Positions 10,761 through 23,527 of a stretch of DNA of 64,000 nt are shown piece after piece. Within the stretch, counting starts at the first letter, position 1; every line of letters begins with the position of its first letter. The DNA is taken from the NCBI GenBank assembly GCA_030390025.1, contig CM059433.1, positions 806,001-870,000 of the forward strand, given 5' to 3'. This stretch comes from Squalus acanthias. Its lineage: Eukaryota. Position numbers and translations under genes: made by a program. The notes under the pieces were generated by a model. The model was not told the DNA's origin, ran no database searches, and saw only the letters and a program-made list of their open reading frames with translations.

Positions 10761-12544
10761 GGGCATTAGGCTTTAAGCATAGTTTTATCTCATTTGAAGG
10801 AAGGTATCAATACAAGAATGAGCTATTAGCTTTTGCTCCTTCTCTCGTGAGCTTGAAGGGCCAACACTTGCTGGTGTCCAGTGCCACAACAGCTGCATAC
10901 TTCCCTCAAAAATCAGTCTATTGTCTTCAGCCAGCAAAGGGTTGACTGATTAGACCATGCAAAAACTGAACAACCACTTTCAGGGATCTAGTTGTATTGA
11001 AGGATGACTAACCTTTATTGTTTTTATTATATATATCATGAAGGATAGAAAAACTTGTCAATACACTGTTTTGTATTGATTACTGTTCATTTACCTATTT
11101 TATATGAAGCAACTTGTTTGGTGGTTTATTTTCTGAGTCTCAGACTGATACAATTCATCTACGAGAGACCAGGAGAATCACCTCGAGCCATGTGGTACAT
11201 TCCAGTAAATCGATGTACAGTTGCAAGGATTCTCTGTTCAATCCTTGGGTCTGGCTATTCTTACCTCCGTATCTGGCAGGTAAAGGCTCACTCCTAATCA
11301 TCAAAGGAGGAACATCAAAGTTTGCTTATAGGGAGTGGTTGGTTACGCTGAACTCAAGTAGAATATCTAGTGTAAAATCCAGAAATGTATCCTTTTCCAC
11401 AAAAAATATTTATGCATACTGTAAACAACAGAGGACCTCGAACAAATCTCTGCGGCTTTGCACTAATCATTGCCTCCCAGCCAGAGCTGTTTCCATTTAT
11501 CATTATTTTCTGTTTCCTATTGCTAAATCTGCAAATTTAACCCAATAGCTAATTTTACATTAAGAAGCTTTAATTTTCTTTATAACCCTTATATATGAAA
11601 CTTCACAAAAGCTTTCTGAATATCCCAGCAAATGAAGGCAATGCTGTTGTCGAACCATCTAAATACCTTCCTCAGAAATCCCAGCGAATTGGGGGAGGGC
11701 ATCATGCTGCAAATTTGCATTTTTTTTAAGAATTAGCAAATTTAAAATACGGATTTGCTCTCTATGCCCCAGTACCAACTACTTCTATGTTGTGTTCTGC
11801 TGGTTTTACCTTTTTGGATCTGTGGCCCTTCATATTTGGAAAGGTTTATTCACTGCACTGCCATTGGTTGGTTTGAATATTGAACTCTTCGTGCATTTTA
11901 TGATCTTTACAAATGCTAAAGTTTGACATTTTGGAATTCTGCCTAATGTTGGGAAGGGGAAAGAGAGGAACCGTTGCAAATCTTTCTCTTGAGAGACTAA
12001 AGGGTTGATTTCTATCGGATTTGTAAAGTGTTAGCATTAAATTCCTTTGTGGGCTATTTTAATGCATTTATTCACCTACTTAATGTGTTAAAATGGTGCA
12101 CAGTAAATTTCACATGAATGCACAAACCAATTTTTTACAAATATACCGAAAGTAATTTCAACCCATAAGTTGGGTAAAGTCCAAGATAGGGCAGATTGTA
12201 CATGATCAATGGAATGAGTGGGCTTGAACAGCTGCACACCCTTTTTATATTCCAGACTTTATGCTATTCCATCCATCAGGATTATATAAGATATGGATGG
12301 AATTCCATACGCTAAATCTGAATCATATTGGACACTGTCGTTAAGATCTGGTGTGATTTAAGGTCACATTTGTTGTCTATTGCCCCTGACCTCTGCTGCT
12401 GTCAACATCACCCCTTTGTTCAGCTCACCTGAATCTGTTTCTATTTGAACTGAGCCCAAAACCAACTCTACCTTATCCTGCTGGCAGTCCAGAACCTCTG
12501 CTTCCACCACTGGTGCTGCACCTCTGCAGGTGTTTTCATATGGG

Positions 12545-13080
12545 TGGAGGGAAAGAGAAGTGCACAGATACATGGGAGACAGGGAAGCACACAGACACAG
12601 AGAGATAGAGAAATGAAGTTCAGGCACAAATAATCGTACAGGCACACTGGGAGAGAGAGAAAAGCACAGATGCACAAGGAGAGGGAGGGACAGAAGAATA
12701 GATACATCTGGAGAGTTGTGTACAGACACAGGGAGAGTAGAAGCACAGATACACTTGGGAGAGGTAATCTCAGACACGTAGGGAGAGTGCACACGAGAAA
12801 CAACAACAACAACTTGTATTTATATAGCGCCTTTAACGTAGTAAAACGTCCCAAGGTGCTGCACAAGGAGATAGAGGCAGAGAGAGAGTCACACAGAAAG
12901 AGGGTGAGAGAAATGCAGAGACATGGAGAGAGGTGCTCAGACATACAAAGGGAAACACACAGCCATTGATTGTGAAAGAGAAACATGTAGAGTAAGAGAT
13001 AGAAGTACAGATGTCTGGAGGCAAGAGGAAAAAGCACAGGCACACAGAGAAAGGGAGATAGAGTCACAGATGCACAGGAT
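12545..13080. repeat. Purine-rich (AG/AC) low-complexity tract containing a short L2-type tail (about 12799-12862, minus)
   Basis: agagag/acacag repeats; (aac)n ttgtatttatatagcgcctttaacgtag. Confidence 0.7.
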
Positions 13081-15671
13081 AAGGAACCTGCAGTCAGTGT
13101 CAGCTTTGCAGCCAACAACCGAAGAGCTCTGTGATTTGTCCTGACCAGTAGAAGTGCTGTCTCAGTCCTGAGGTTGTGATATGATCCACAGTTAACAAGT
13201 GGGTCTGTGCTTTAAAGCCAATATTTAAAGAGTAAGCAAGTGGTGTCTTTATTATTTTATGTATTGAGGAAAGTTATGTTTCACTGTTTTATACTGTTTA
13301 TTCACCAATGTTATTTGAATAAAAGAACTTGTTAGCTCAGAGCCTGTTCTCAGGGCTGTGGAAGTGTTCAGTCAGTCTGCTTCTGAACGAGGGGAGAATC
13401 GCGAGGTGGCACATGACACACAAAGTAAGGATTCTCGTTTGCAATCTTGGATCTTGCTATCATTTACCTAGGTATTGAGCAGAGAAAGGTGGACTTGCTA
13501 AATTTTTGTAAAAGAACACTAGTTTACTAATGCCCTTCAGGTCTGGCCTATATTTGACTCCAGTCTCACATAATTTATTATTACAGATGAGCAGAAATCT
13601 AGATCTGAAATTCAACCTGACCTAAAATCAACTGGTTCAGATTATTCCTAAAATCTGAATTTCATTCTTGTTTTATACAGTTGTTCAATTTCTTTTTGAG
13701 TGGCTTGTGCACTTGGAAAGAAAATGAAAAAAACTGATTCCGTCCCGTCTGTTTTACATGACATTAATACTTAAGACATCCTTATACAATTTTTCAGTTA
13801 ACTAGGCAATGTGGTTATTAAAATGACTAATCATTTAGTCCCTGTCTAAATAGCCTTGATACTCGAGCAGCTGCTCCTGCGAGCAGTCCGCTGCAGTGGA
13901 TGAGCCTGCTTTACTGTCTGAACAGCCAATATTGGAAGCAATTATGTGGACAGATGTCCATGTGATAAATTAAGGATCTGTTTTGTTTTGAATCATGAGA
14001 ATCTTTATAGTCTTTAACTAGGCCAATGATTTTTTAAATGTATTCCCAGCAATTCCCTCGTGGAAGCAATCGTTCCTTTAGCTTGGCATCCAATCTTCGT
14101 GTCGTCTGAGTTGGTGCAGAGGAGAGCAGAGCAGACCTACATGTGTGACTAGCTTTGCAGGCCACTTCAAAGGGGGTCATCTGGCCGCAGTGTATGTAGA
14201 TTGCTTAACAAATATTGCAGGTGACCAGCATTATCTGTACTACCCATTTCACTGTGGGGGCAAACTCAGTCATTGTGGCAGTGCTGCTTTGTACTACAGG
14301 TATTAAACTTGAAGCAGGAAATCTGTCAGGCAGTCTTTGTGTCTTTGAATCCTATTTTGATTGACAATGTTGTTTAATTGTGAGGGATACCTTTTTTACT
14401 TTCTTTATATTAGCTTAACATCAAAGGGAAAGAGAGAAATCTAACTGAGGGTGGTAGCACTTGTTTTTCAGTTCCCTTCTCATTGTATTGCTGTATAGGT
14501 GAAAGCTAATGAAGGATTTGTGGGATCCATTTCTCATGCAAAAACTTTTCATTAAGGACGCATGGTTTAAGTTACCAAGTTTATTACTGTGGCTTCAGGA
14601 CTTTTATTGTTTTGAAACAGTTTTAAGATGCTGGTGAGAAAACAACTTTTTGTAACTATACACATTCTGGTGAGTAGTTCTTGCTTCTGTTTAAACTTGA
14701 TTTCTAGGTTTCAGCATGAATCATATGCTGTCAGCTTAGTGTTTACTGTCAGTCAGTGAGGTCTGGAGTAGATGCGTGGGATTGTATGCTATTTCCCGTG
14801 CATACCTCACTCGCCCTTGGGCTTGCTAGTCCAGATTACTTCATGCTTTGAGTCATAGGGAAGATGGCGGTTATTTTGACTGTGCAATTGTGTAAAACGG
14901 GTGACAGCGAATTGCCAGTCCATTTTACGTATCTCCTGATTTTTATTTCAATTGACAAAAATAATCTGGGCCGCAACTTACCTTGCTGGTGACTGCCCCG
15001 GCTCGATCTCGAGTCCTCAATCGGCGAGCTGCAGCGAGATGCCTGTTTGGTGTCCCACTGCTCGCCTTCCAAATTGAAATGAGGGCGGGGCCTCAAATTT
15101 GCAACGACCCCTTCGTCGCCGGAATGGGCGGCCGGCCAGTCGCCCAAAGGTCAAAATATACCCCAGAGTACTCTTCAGTGGCTGCTGCAAGGGACATCAT
15201 AAGTCATCTCAGCACTGAAGTCTGCTCTCCTATTTAACGCAGTGTACATTTGACAGCAGAGCCTTATTGCCTTCTCCCCCACTTTCAAATAGAGGGACAT
15301 TCTCTCAATCCAGTACCCATCCTGCAACATGACAACACATCAACCCTCCTTGCCCCAACATGACCATGCCAATAATCATCACCTGTGTGAATAGGTCACC
15401 ACCAAATAAGTGCACCCTTTCCTGGATGACTCATGATGTCAGTGCACCTTATATTTTATTACGATGAAATCCAAAGGACACACAAGTCAACCTACGCTTC
15501 CAAAACACAATGCTTCTCCTGGGTGCCTACACATGCATTTGTTTCACCTATCCTTGTGCTTCTCCTAGGTCTAATCTGAGAACCAGTATTGCAAGGTGTG
15601 ATTGGCTCCTCATGCTCTTACAAAGGGGTTATGGGACTGACGTGACCCTCCTCTCATGGCAGCTTGCTCCT

Positions 15672-16020
15672 GGTAACATAAGAACATAAGAAATAGGAGC
15701 AGGAGGAGGCCATTTGGCCTCTCGGGCCTGCTCCACCATTCAATATGATCATGGCTGATCTGGTCTTGGCCTCAACTCCACTTTCCTGCCCGCTCCCCAT
15801 AACCCTTGACTCCCCATAGCTCAAATATCTGTCTATCTCCGCCTTGAATATATTCAATGACTCCGTCTCCACAGCTCTCTGGGGTAGAGAATTTCAAAGA
15901 TTCATGACCCTCTGAGTTCCTCCTCATCTCCATTTTAAATGGGAGACCCCTTATTCTGAAACTATGCTCCCTAGTTCTAGATTCCCCCACGAGGGGAAAC
16001 ATCCTCTCTGCATCCACCCT
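15672..16020 (-). mobile_element. CR1 family A 3' end
   Basis: (taagaaca)n tail; RMFPLVGESRT and LNIFKAEIDR peptides. Confidence 0.9.
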
Positions 16021-16394
16021 GGGCAGCCTAGTGTTACCTTCCACTTTCCACTGATGTGGTGCTCTGAGTGGGAAGGCTGGGGGCCTAGCATGTGCTGCTG
16101 CCCCTAGAAATGCAGGTCAACTCCAGCCATCCCTATTCGACTGAGCCCTGGATTTGTATCCCCACTGATCAGTGGAATGGCTGGACTAATGGTAGCTGTC
16201 AGATTCTGAAAGCCCTGAGAGACAGTAGCATGCATGGTGGTTGCCATGATCTCAAAGCCAGTATGCCGGGTAGCATCTATTCTCACCTGTGTTGCCACCA
16301 GAGCTATAATGCGGAGATGCCGGTGTTGGACTGGAGTGGACAAAAATGAGAAGTCGCACAACACCAGGTTATAGTCCAACAGTTTTATTTGAAA

Positions 16395-16431
16395 TCACGA
16401 GCTTTCGGTGCGCTGCTCCTTCGTCAGGTAA
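16395..16431 (-). ncRNA. Minimal hammerhead ribozyme in left pseudo-LTR (one stem II mismatch)
   Basis: Reverse complement reads CTGACGA-AGGAGCAGCGCACC-GAAAGCTC-GTGA. Confidence 0.75.
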
Positions 16432-18032
16432 AGTGAAGGAATACAAATCAGCAAAGCATATATAGACAGAGAACAATGTGTAGCGTACAATGTCAGACGA
16501 CTACAGTAAATCTTTCTGACTGCTCTCCATCACACCTCGGCAGAGAGACAATCAGGTCAGTCAGGAAGACATTACATCAAAGACACAGCAAAATACAGCT
16601 AAGACAATGAGGTGGGGTCACAGGAGGTCCAACGTGTCAAATGCTGTAGTATGTATGGTTAAGCTTTTTACTTTTTTTTAAAACTGGAAATCACATCTGT
16701 GAACAAGCCAACGACGACTCGAGTCTGGATGACTCTACGTCAGGTGGGCTTACATGTAGCGTGACATGAACCCAAGATCCCGGTTGAGGCCGTCCTCATG
16801 GGTGCGGAACTTGGCTATCAGTTTCTGCTCGATGATTTTGCATTGTCGTGTGTCTCGAAGGCCGCCTTGGAGAACGCTTACCCGCAGATCCGAGGCTGAA
16901 TGTCCTTGACTGCTGAAGTGTTCCCCGACTGGGAGGTAACAATCCTGCCTGGTGATTGTTGCGCAGTGTCCGTTCATACGTTGTCGCAGTGACTACACGA
17001 TAACATCAACAGGTTCCATCCCACCATCAAACTCACCATGGACTACTCCTCAGAATCGGTTTCATTCTTGGACACACGAATCTCCATCAAAGACGGACAC
17101 CTCAGCACTTCACTCTACCGCAAGCCCACGGACAACCTCACAATGCTCCACTTCTCCAGCTTCCACCCTAACCACGTTAAAGAAGCCATCCCCTATGGAC
17201 AAGCCCTGCGAATACACAGGATCTGCTCAGACGAGGAGGAACGCGATGGACACCTACGGACGCTGAAAGACGCCCTCGTAAGAACGGGATATGACACTCG
17301 ACTCGTCGATCGACAGTTCCGACGGGCCACAGCGAAAAATCGCATAGACCTCCTCAGAAGGCGAACACGGGACACAACGTCGTCCAGTACTTCCCCAGAG
17401 CGGCGAAACTACGCCATGTTCTTCGCAGCCTTCAACATGTCATCAATGACGATGAACACCTTGCTAAGGCCATCCCCACGCCTCCACTACTCGCCTTCAA
17501 GCAGCCTCCTAACCTCAAAAGTACCATCGTTCGCAACAAATTACCCAGCTGTCAGGAGAACAGCGACCACGACACCACACAACCCTGCCACAGCAACCTC
17601 TGCAAGACATGCCAGATCATCAACACAGATACCATCATCACACGTGAGGACACTACCCACCAGGTACATGGTACATACTCATGTGACTCGGCCAACGTTG
17701 TCTACCTCATACGTTGCAGGAAAGGATGCCCCGCAGCATGGTACATCGGTGAGACCATGCAGACTACATGCAGATGTAGTTTTAAAAAAAAAGTAAAAAG
17801 CTTAACCATACAGACTGCAGCATTTGACACGTTGGACCCCCTGTGACCCCACCTCATTGTCTTAGCTGTATTTTGCTGTGTCTTTGATGTAATGCCTTCC
17901 TGACTGGCCTGATTGTCTCTCTGCCGAGGTGTGATGGAGGGCAGTCAGAAAGATTTACTGTAGTCGTCTGACATTGTACGCTACACATTGTTCTCTGTCT
18001 ATATATGCTTTGCTGATTTGTATTCCTTCACT

Positions 18033-18069
18033 TTACCTGACGAAGGAGCAGCGCTCCGAAAGCTCGTGA
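18033..18069 (+). ncRNA. Minimal hammerhead ribozyme in right pseudo-LTR
   Basis: CTGACGA core, stem II GGAGC/GCTCC, GAAA, palindromic AGCT stem III, TTAC/GTGA stem I. Confidence 0.8.
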
Positions 18070-18139
18070 TTTCAAATAAAACTGTTGGACTATAACCTGG
18101 TGTTGTGCGACTTCTGACTTTTGACCAGAGCTATAGTCT

Positions 18140-19131
18140 GTGCTTCTGTGGAGGTCAAGATACCGACTGGCCCTGGCTGCTTCTTAGGTGGGTGTCTGCT
18201 TCAGATTCCAATGGAGCTGCCACATGCTCCATTGGTTCCTGCAATGAAGACAAAACATCCCTAATATTGTTGCAAATGAGAGCTGTAGACTCAAGGGTCA
18301 CATCTACAGAGACCCTGTACATAGAGGTTTGTTTCCCAAACATCACTCTTTTCAGGCAAGTACCCACGGTCTCTGGGTCCCACAACTTCGAAGCCTTCTT
18401 TTTAGCCTCCACTGGGAAGATAGCACATCCTCACCCACTTCATGCTCCTCTGGCTCCCTCCTGCTCTGTGAATCCCCTGGTATCACTTCTTCACTAACAC
18501 TATCTAAACCCCTCCAGGTGAAGGTCTCAGGGCTGGTGCAAGGGAGTGAGAATGCAAGTAACACAAGGGGTAACTTTCAGGGTGTTGGGGCAGAGGAACA
18601 TGGGTGAGGATCATGCTCCAAGGATTCCTTTATTGCCCGGTCCTCATCAAGGGACAGCTGATGTAAGAGATATGGGAGTATTCATCCTGTCAAAGTGGAG
18701 GAAGAGCTTTTAGGGTTTTGCGTGCAAGCAATTTCTGTTCGGGGAGATGGGTAGCCATACTCTAAGATTTCAAGCTAGTGCCCCCCTTAACCAGAGTGAA
18801 GGGATAGTTGTGCAATTGTAACTTTTAGGGGGTGAAGAATAAGCTGGTGCCCAGAGTGCCCAATGAAGAAAAGGGAGAGTAGCTGCTGTGTTACCTTGCT
18901 TGTTCTGGGCTGATTATTGAACTTTTTACAGCTGATCTGCAGTCCTGGGAGTGAGAGAGTTGCCACTTAGCGACTGAGCCACTTCCCTCCACATGGCAAA
19001 GGTAACATTTCTGGCAAGTTTCCTACTATGGACATCCAGCCACCTGTGTCTCTTGAGCTCAATTTCATTGAGGAGGGCTTGTAAATCAGACCCCATTAAA
19101 TTGTGGTGCCTTTCTTCATACCTGTGTGCCA
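18140..19131 (-). pseudogene. Decayed Harbinger Myb/SANT gene of an old element (continues left of the Penelope insertion)
   Basis: LQALLNEIE, MWREVAQSL, TPRTADQL*KKFN peptide followed by a GT donor near 18893. Confidence 0.65.
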
Positions 19132-19287
19132 TGCCCTGGTCCCTTGTTTGGTTACATGTGCCATCTGTATCTGTAGTAGACTTTCCTGAAAAGTGGCACA
19201 AAACATTCATGAAACATGGGGAATAATTTTCAACTTCACTGCCTGGCCAGTGACCTGGCAGAGCCTTATTCATCCTATCGAGTTCTA

Positions 19288-19580
19288 TTAACAACAACAA
19301 ACAGCTTGCATTTATATAGCACCTTTAATGTAGTAAAACGTTTCAAGGCCCTTCACAGGAGCGTTATCAAACAAAATTCAACACCGAGCCACATGAGGAG
19401 ATATTAGGATAGGTGAGCAAAAACTTGGTCAAAGAGGTAGGATTTAAGGCGTGTATTAAAGGAGGAGAGAGAGGTAGAGAGGCGGAGAGGTTTAGGGAGG
19501 GAATTCCAGAGCTCAGGGCCCAGGCAGCTGAAGGCACGGCCGCCAATGGTGGACTGATGGAAATCGGGGGGTGCGCAAGA
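19288..19580 (-). mobile_element. L2 LINE 3' end
   Basis: Reverse complement of the L2 3' region at about 40710-40975; (aac)n tail. Confidence 0.8.
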
Positions 19581-20200
19581 GGCCGGCCTAATATGGATGG
19601 TGTGGTGCCTTTCCTTGGTGGACCATCCACTCTGTCAGGTTGCCACTCAGACAGTGAAGCTGAAAATAACCCCTATGCAGTCCAGTCAAGTGAGTGCGCT
19701 AAGCATCATTCCATACTTACCTGCTCCTCTCCCAGGCTGCTGCTGCAATCTTCAGCCAGTACTGTCTTTTTAAAGGGTGTATTCTAATTTCCATGCACTC
19801 CAGCAGATTATATCTGCATTTACACAGGTTTTACACCAATCTCTGTTCCAATGGATCTGCAAATGGGCTGAACCAGGAAATTCTCATGTAAATACCACTC
19901 CAGACAATCTTTTTTCATAGTTGTAAAAGTGTGGAACTCACCACTTGGAAATTAAGGGCAATAATATAGCACCAGTAAATTGCTGAAATGCAGCCTTTAT
20001 AAAAAATAAAATCATTTTCCTCAAAGGAACTTTCTGGAGCTTACCTGACAGTTGTCTTGCATCTTCTCACAGTGTCAGCCGGGACTCAGTGGGGAGACAC
20101 TCTCGCCTCTGAGTCAGAAGGTTGTGAGTTCATAGTCCCACTCCAGATACTTGAGCACACAAATCTAAGCTGACATTGCAGTGCTGAGGGAGTGCTGCAC

Positions 20201-22202
20201 ACATAAATGAGGCTGACATACAGGGTAGGATAAAGAAAAAAAGGGAGGCGTATGACAGATACCGAGGGCTAAATACTCCAGAATCTTTAGAGGAGTACAG
20301 AAAGTGCAGGGGTACAATTAAAAATGATATTAGGAAAGCAAGGAGGGAGCATGAAAAATTCTTGGCAAGTAAAATCAAGGAAAACCCAAAGATGCTTTAT
20401 AAATATATTAAGAGTAAGAGGATAACTAAAGAAAGGGTAGGGCCTATTAGAAATCATGAGGGTAATCTGTGTGTGAAGACGGGAGACGTCGGTAGGGTTC
20501 TTAATGAATACTTTGCATCTGTTTTCACAAAGGAGAGGGGCGAAGCAGACATTGCTATCAGGGGGGGGGGGGGGGAGTGTGAAATATTAGATGAAATAAA
20601 CATAGTGAGAGAGGAAGTATTAAGGGGTTTAGCAGCTTTAAAAGTGGATAAATCCCCAGGCCCAGATGAAATGTATCCCAGGCTGTTAAGCAAAGCAAAA
20701 GAGGCCCTGACCATCATTTTTCAATCCTCTCTGGCTTCAGGTGTGGTGCCGGAGGACTGGAGAACTGCTAATGCGGTACCCTTGTTTAAAAAGGGAGAAA
20801 AGGATAGACCGAGTAATTACAGGCCAGTCAGCCTAACCTCGGTGGTGGGAAAATTATTGGAAAGAATTCTGAAGGACAGGATAAATCTTCATTTAGAAAG
20901 ACACGGATTAATCAAGGATAGTCAGCACGGATTTGTTAAGGGAAGGTCGTGTCTGACAAACTTGATTGAATTTTTTGAGGAGATAACAAGGAGGGTAGAT
21001 GAGGGTAGTGCGTTTGATGTAGTGTATATGGACTTTAGCAAGGCTTTTGATAAGGTTCCACATGGCAGACTGGTCACGAAGTTAAAAGCCCATAGGATCC
21101 AGGGCAAAGTGTCAAGTTGGATTCAAAACTGGCTCGGAGACAGGAAGCAGAGGGTAATGGTTGATGGGTGTTTTTGTGACTGGAAGGCTGTTTCCAGTGG
21201 GGTTCCGCAGGGCTCAGTACTAAATTCCTTGCTTTTTGTGATATATATCAACGATCTTGACTTGAATATAGGGGGTATGATTAAGAAGTTTGCAGATGAT
21301 ACTAAAATCGGCTGTGTGGTTGATACTGAAGAAGGAAGCTGTAGACTGCAGGAAGATATCAATAAATTGGTCAGGTGGGCAGAACAGTGGCAAATGGAAT
21401 TCAATCCGGAGAAGTGTGAGGTAATGCATTTGGGGAGGGCTAACAAGGAAAGGGAATACACATTAACTGGTAGGACACTGAGTAGTGTAGAGGAACAAAG
21501 GGACCTTGGAGTGCATGTCCACAGATCCCTGAAGGTAGCAGGCCAGGTAGATAAGGTGGTTAAGAAGGCATACGGAATGCTTGCCTTTATTAGCCGTGGC
21601 ATAGAATACAAGAGCAGGTGGGTTATGCTTCAACTATATAAAACACTAGTTAAGCCTCAGCTAGAGTACTGCGTGCAGTTCTGGTCACCACATTACAGGA
21701 AAGATGTGATTGCACAAGAGAGGGTACAGAGGAGATTTACAAGGATGTTGCCGGGAGTAGAGAATCTTAGCTATGAGGAAAGACTGTTTTCCTTGGAACA
21801 GAGGAGGCTGAGGGGAGACCTTATTGAGGTGTATAAAATTATGAGGGGCAGAGATAAAGTGGATAGAAAGGACCTATTTCCCTTAGCAGAGGGGTCAAAA
21901 ACCAGGGGGCACAGATTTAAAGTAATTGTGGGAAAGTTTAGAGGGGATTTGAGGGGAAATTTCTTCACCCAGAGGGTTGTGGGGGTCTGGAACTCACTGC
22001 CTGAAAGGGTGGTAGAGGCAGAAACCCTAACCACATTTAAAAAGTACTTGGATGTGCACTTGGGATGCTCTAACTTGCAGGGCTATGGACCAAGAGCTGG
22101 GAAGTGGGATTAGGCTGGATAGCTCTTTGTTGGCCGGCGTGGACACGATAGGCCGAAATGACCTCCTTCCGTGCTGCAACTTTCTATGATTCTATGATTC
22201 TA
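20201..22202 (+). mobile_element. 5'-truncated CR1 LINE
   Basis: Long RT ORF and (TTCTATGA)n tail. Confidence 0.95.
20362..22113 (+). CDS. CR1 ORF2 RT domain, 583 aa open frame, lacking the endonuclease
   Basis: KSPGPD, NYRPVSLTS, QHGF, DFSKAFD, GVPQGS and FADD motifs. Confidence 0.85.
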   Translation: MASKIKENPKMLYKYIKSKRITKERVGPIRNHEGNLCVKTGDVGRVLNEYFASVFTKERGEADIAIRGGGGECEILDEINIVREEVLRGLAALKVDKSPGPDEMYPRLLSKAKEALTIIFQSSLASGVVPEDWRTANAVPLFKKGEKDRPSNYRPVSLTSVVGKLLERILKDRINLHLERHGLIKDSQHGFVKGRSCLTNLIEFFEEITRRVDEGSAFDVVYMDFSKAFDKVPHGRLVTKLKAHRIQGKVSSWIQNWLGDRKQRVMVDGCFCDWKAVSSGVPQGSVLNSLLFVIYINDLDLNIGGMIKKFADDTKIGCVVDTEEGSCRLQEDINKLVRWAEQWQMEFNPEKCEVMHLGRANKEREYTLTGRTLSSVEEQRDLGVHVHRSLKVAGQVDKVVKKAYGMLAFISRGIEYKSRWVMLQLYKTLVKPQLEYCVQFWSPHYRKDVIAQERVQRRFTRMLPGVENLSYEERLFSLEQRRLRGDLIEVYKIMRGRDKVDRKDLFPLAEGSKTRGHRFKVIVGKFRGDLRGNFFTQRVVGVWNSLPERVVEAETLTTFKKYLDVHLGCSNLQGYGPRAGKWD

Positions 22203-23396
22203 AAGTGGGGAAGTCTTCCAAGGTCAAGGTCTACATTAACACCACTAAAGACAGATTATTTGATTATAAATCTCCTTAATGTTTGTGGAACCTAGCTGTG
22301 CACCAATTGGCTGCCAGGTTTTTCTGTGATTGCACGTCAAATGTAATTCATCGGCTGTGAAGCACTTGGGCGTGTCCTGAGGACAATGAAAGACGCTGTA
22401 TAAATTCAAGTTCTATAATTATTTTGTGCTGCTTTTGGTCTGTCAGCCATTTGCTGGCTGTGTCAGCTTTTTTTAAGCTGTTGGGCAGCTTTTGCCAGTT
22501 CTCTTGATTGCCATGTACGGATTCTTATCTGTTGAAATGATGTTGGATGAACCCTACAGTTATATTGTTGGCTCTCACATGGACAGCTGCTTTGCAGTGG
22601 CAGGAGCACAGAGTGCAAATTGTTTCTGTTTAGAAACAGTTATCTCATAACTGCCAGATATACTTTATGTGTGCTTGATAGAACGGAACATGCCACAATA
22701 AACTGGCCCACTTTACAAGGGGTATGTTGTAGTGAGCCTCTGAGTGGTCCAGACAACTGAAGTGCATTTTTAGCATACCACTGATGACACTGGGAGAAAA
22801 GAAGCCTTTTCTGAGGCTCTCCCTTGGAAGGGTTTCTCATACTGGCAGAATGTGGGAAGTGGTGTCCCACAGGATCCTTGCTGGGACCACTGTTGTTCAT
22901 CAAATACATAAATGATTTGACTCAGAAATTGGAGATATGGTATCAAAATTTCCAAATGATATCAAATTGAGGGGGTGTAAGAACAATGTGACGGAACCAA
23001 TCTCCTTCCTTCCCTGGGACGCAGGCATCAGCTTCTGGAGCGTCGAGTCAATGAGCCCCTTCAGCGGTGGGATTATCTGTTCCACGATGATCTTTGGTTC
23101 CGGCTGAACCAACCTCCTGTATGAGCAACGATAGCTAAACTATTTGGCTCACCTCTCACCTTTCTTGATCGTAGACATTTTTACAGTTAAATGACACACA
23201 TATCTCTGCCTGTAATGGGCTAGTACAGCCTCGCAATCTAACTTCAAAGAACTGTGACTCTCTGTCTGAAGGTACCTTGCACTGGTAAGGGTACCTTTTT
23301 GCATTAGCTAGGTAAAAGATACTTACAGAAGGAGACTAGAGAAAACAAAAAGTGTCCCCTCTTAACTAACAAAGAAAAGCTAACAGAGGCATAAGA

Positions 23397-23451
23397 AATA
23401 CAAAGAAAGACTCGAAATACAAAGAAAGACTCGAAATACAAAGAAAGACTC
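23397..23451. repeat. 19-bp tandem repeat, about 3 copies
   Basis: aaatacaaagaaagactcg. Confidence 0.85.
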
Positions 23452-23527
23452 TGCTTCTGTTGCCACTTCTACAAGAAATGAAGAGAGACTGACTTCTAAC
23501 AGAGACAAAGTAAGGCCGACTTTAGCC

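Larger units (their letters stand above)
16309..18123. mobile_element. Penelope-like retroelement with inverted pseudo-LTRs and an internal inversion
   Basis: 12-bp TSD ACCAGAGCTATA (16297-16308, 18124-18135); about 345-bp inverted repeats; RT C-terminus (FLD..I, LYRKPT, S.HP, IPYGQALR..RICS) and GIY-YIG pieces (YIGET; EQKLIAKF..HEDGLNRD). Confidence 0.92.
20073..22415 (+). mobile_element. tRNA-headed Deu-domain SINE interrupted by a CR1
   Basis: Head gtcagccgggactcagtgg...gagttcatagtcccactccag (20073-20200); Deu-like body resumes at about 22203. Confidence 0.7.

Noticed and set aside
12364..13144. Hydrophobic ORFs of 142-216 aa
   Set aside because: Translations of AG/CT low-complexity sequence; the same applies at 36498-36811 and 38800-39027.
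22900..23350. Possible ORF start of another retroelement (QPEPKIIVEQIIPPLKGLIDSTLQK)
   Set aside because: Short, with upstream stops and no recognisable motif.
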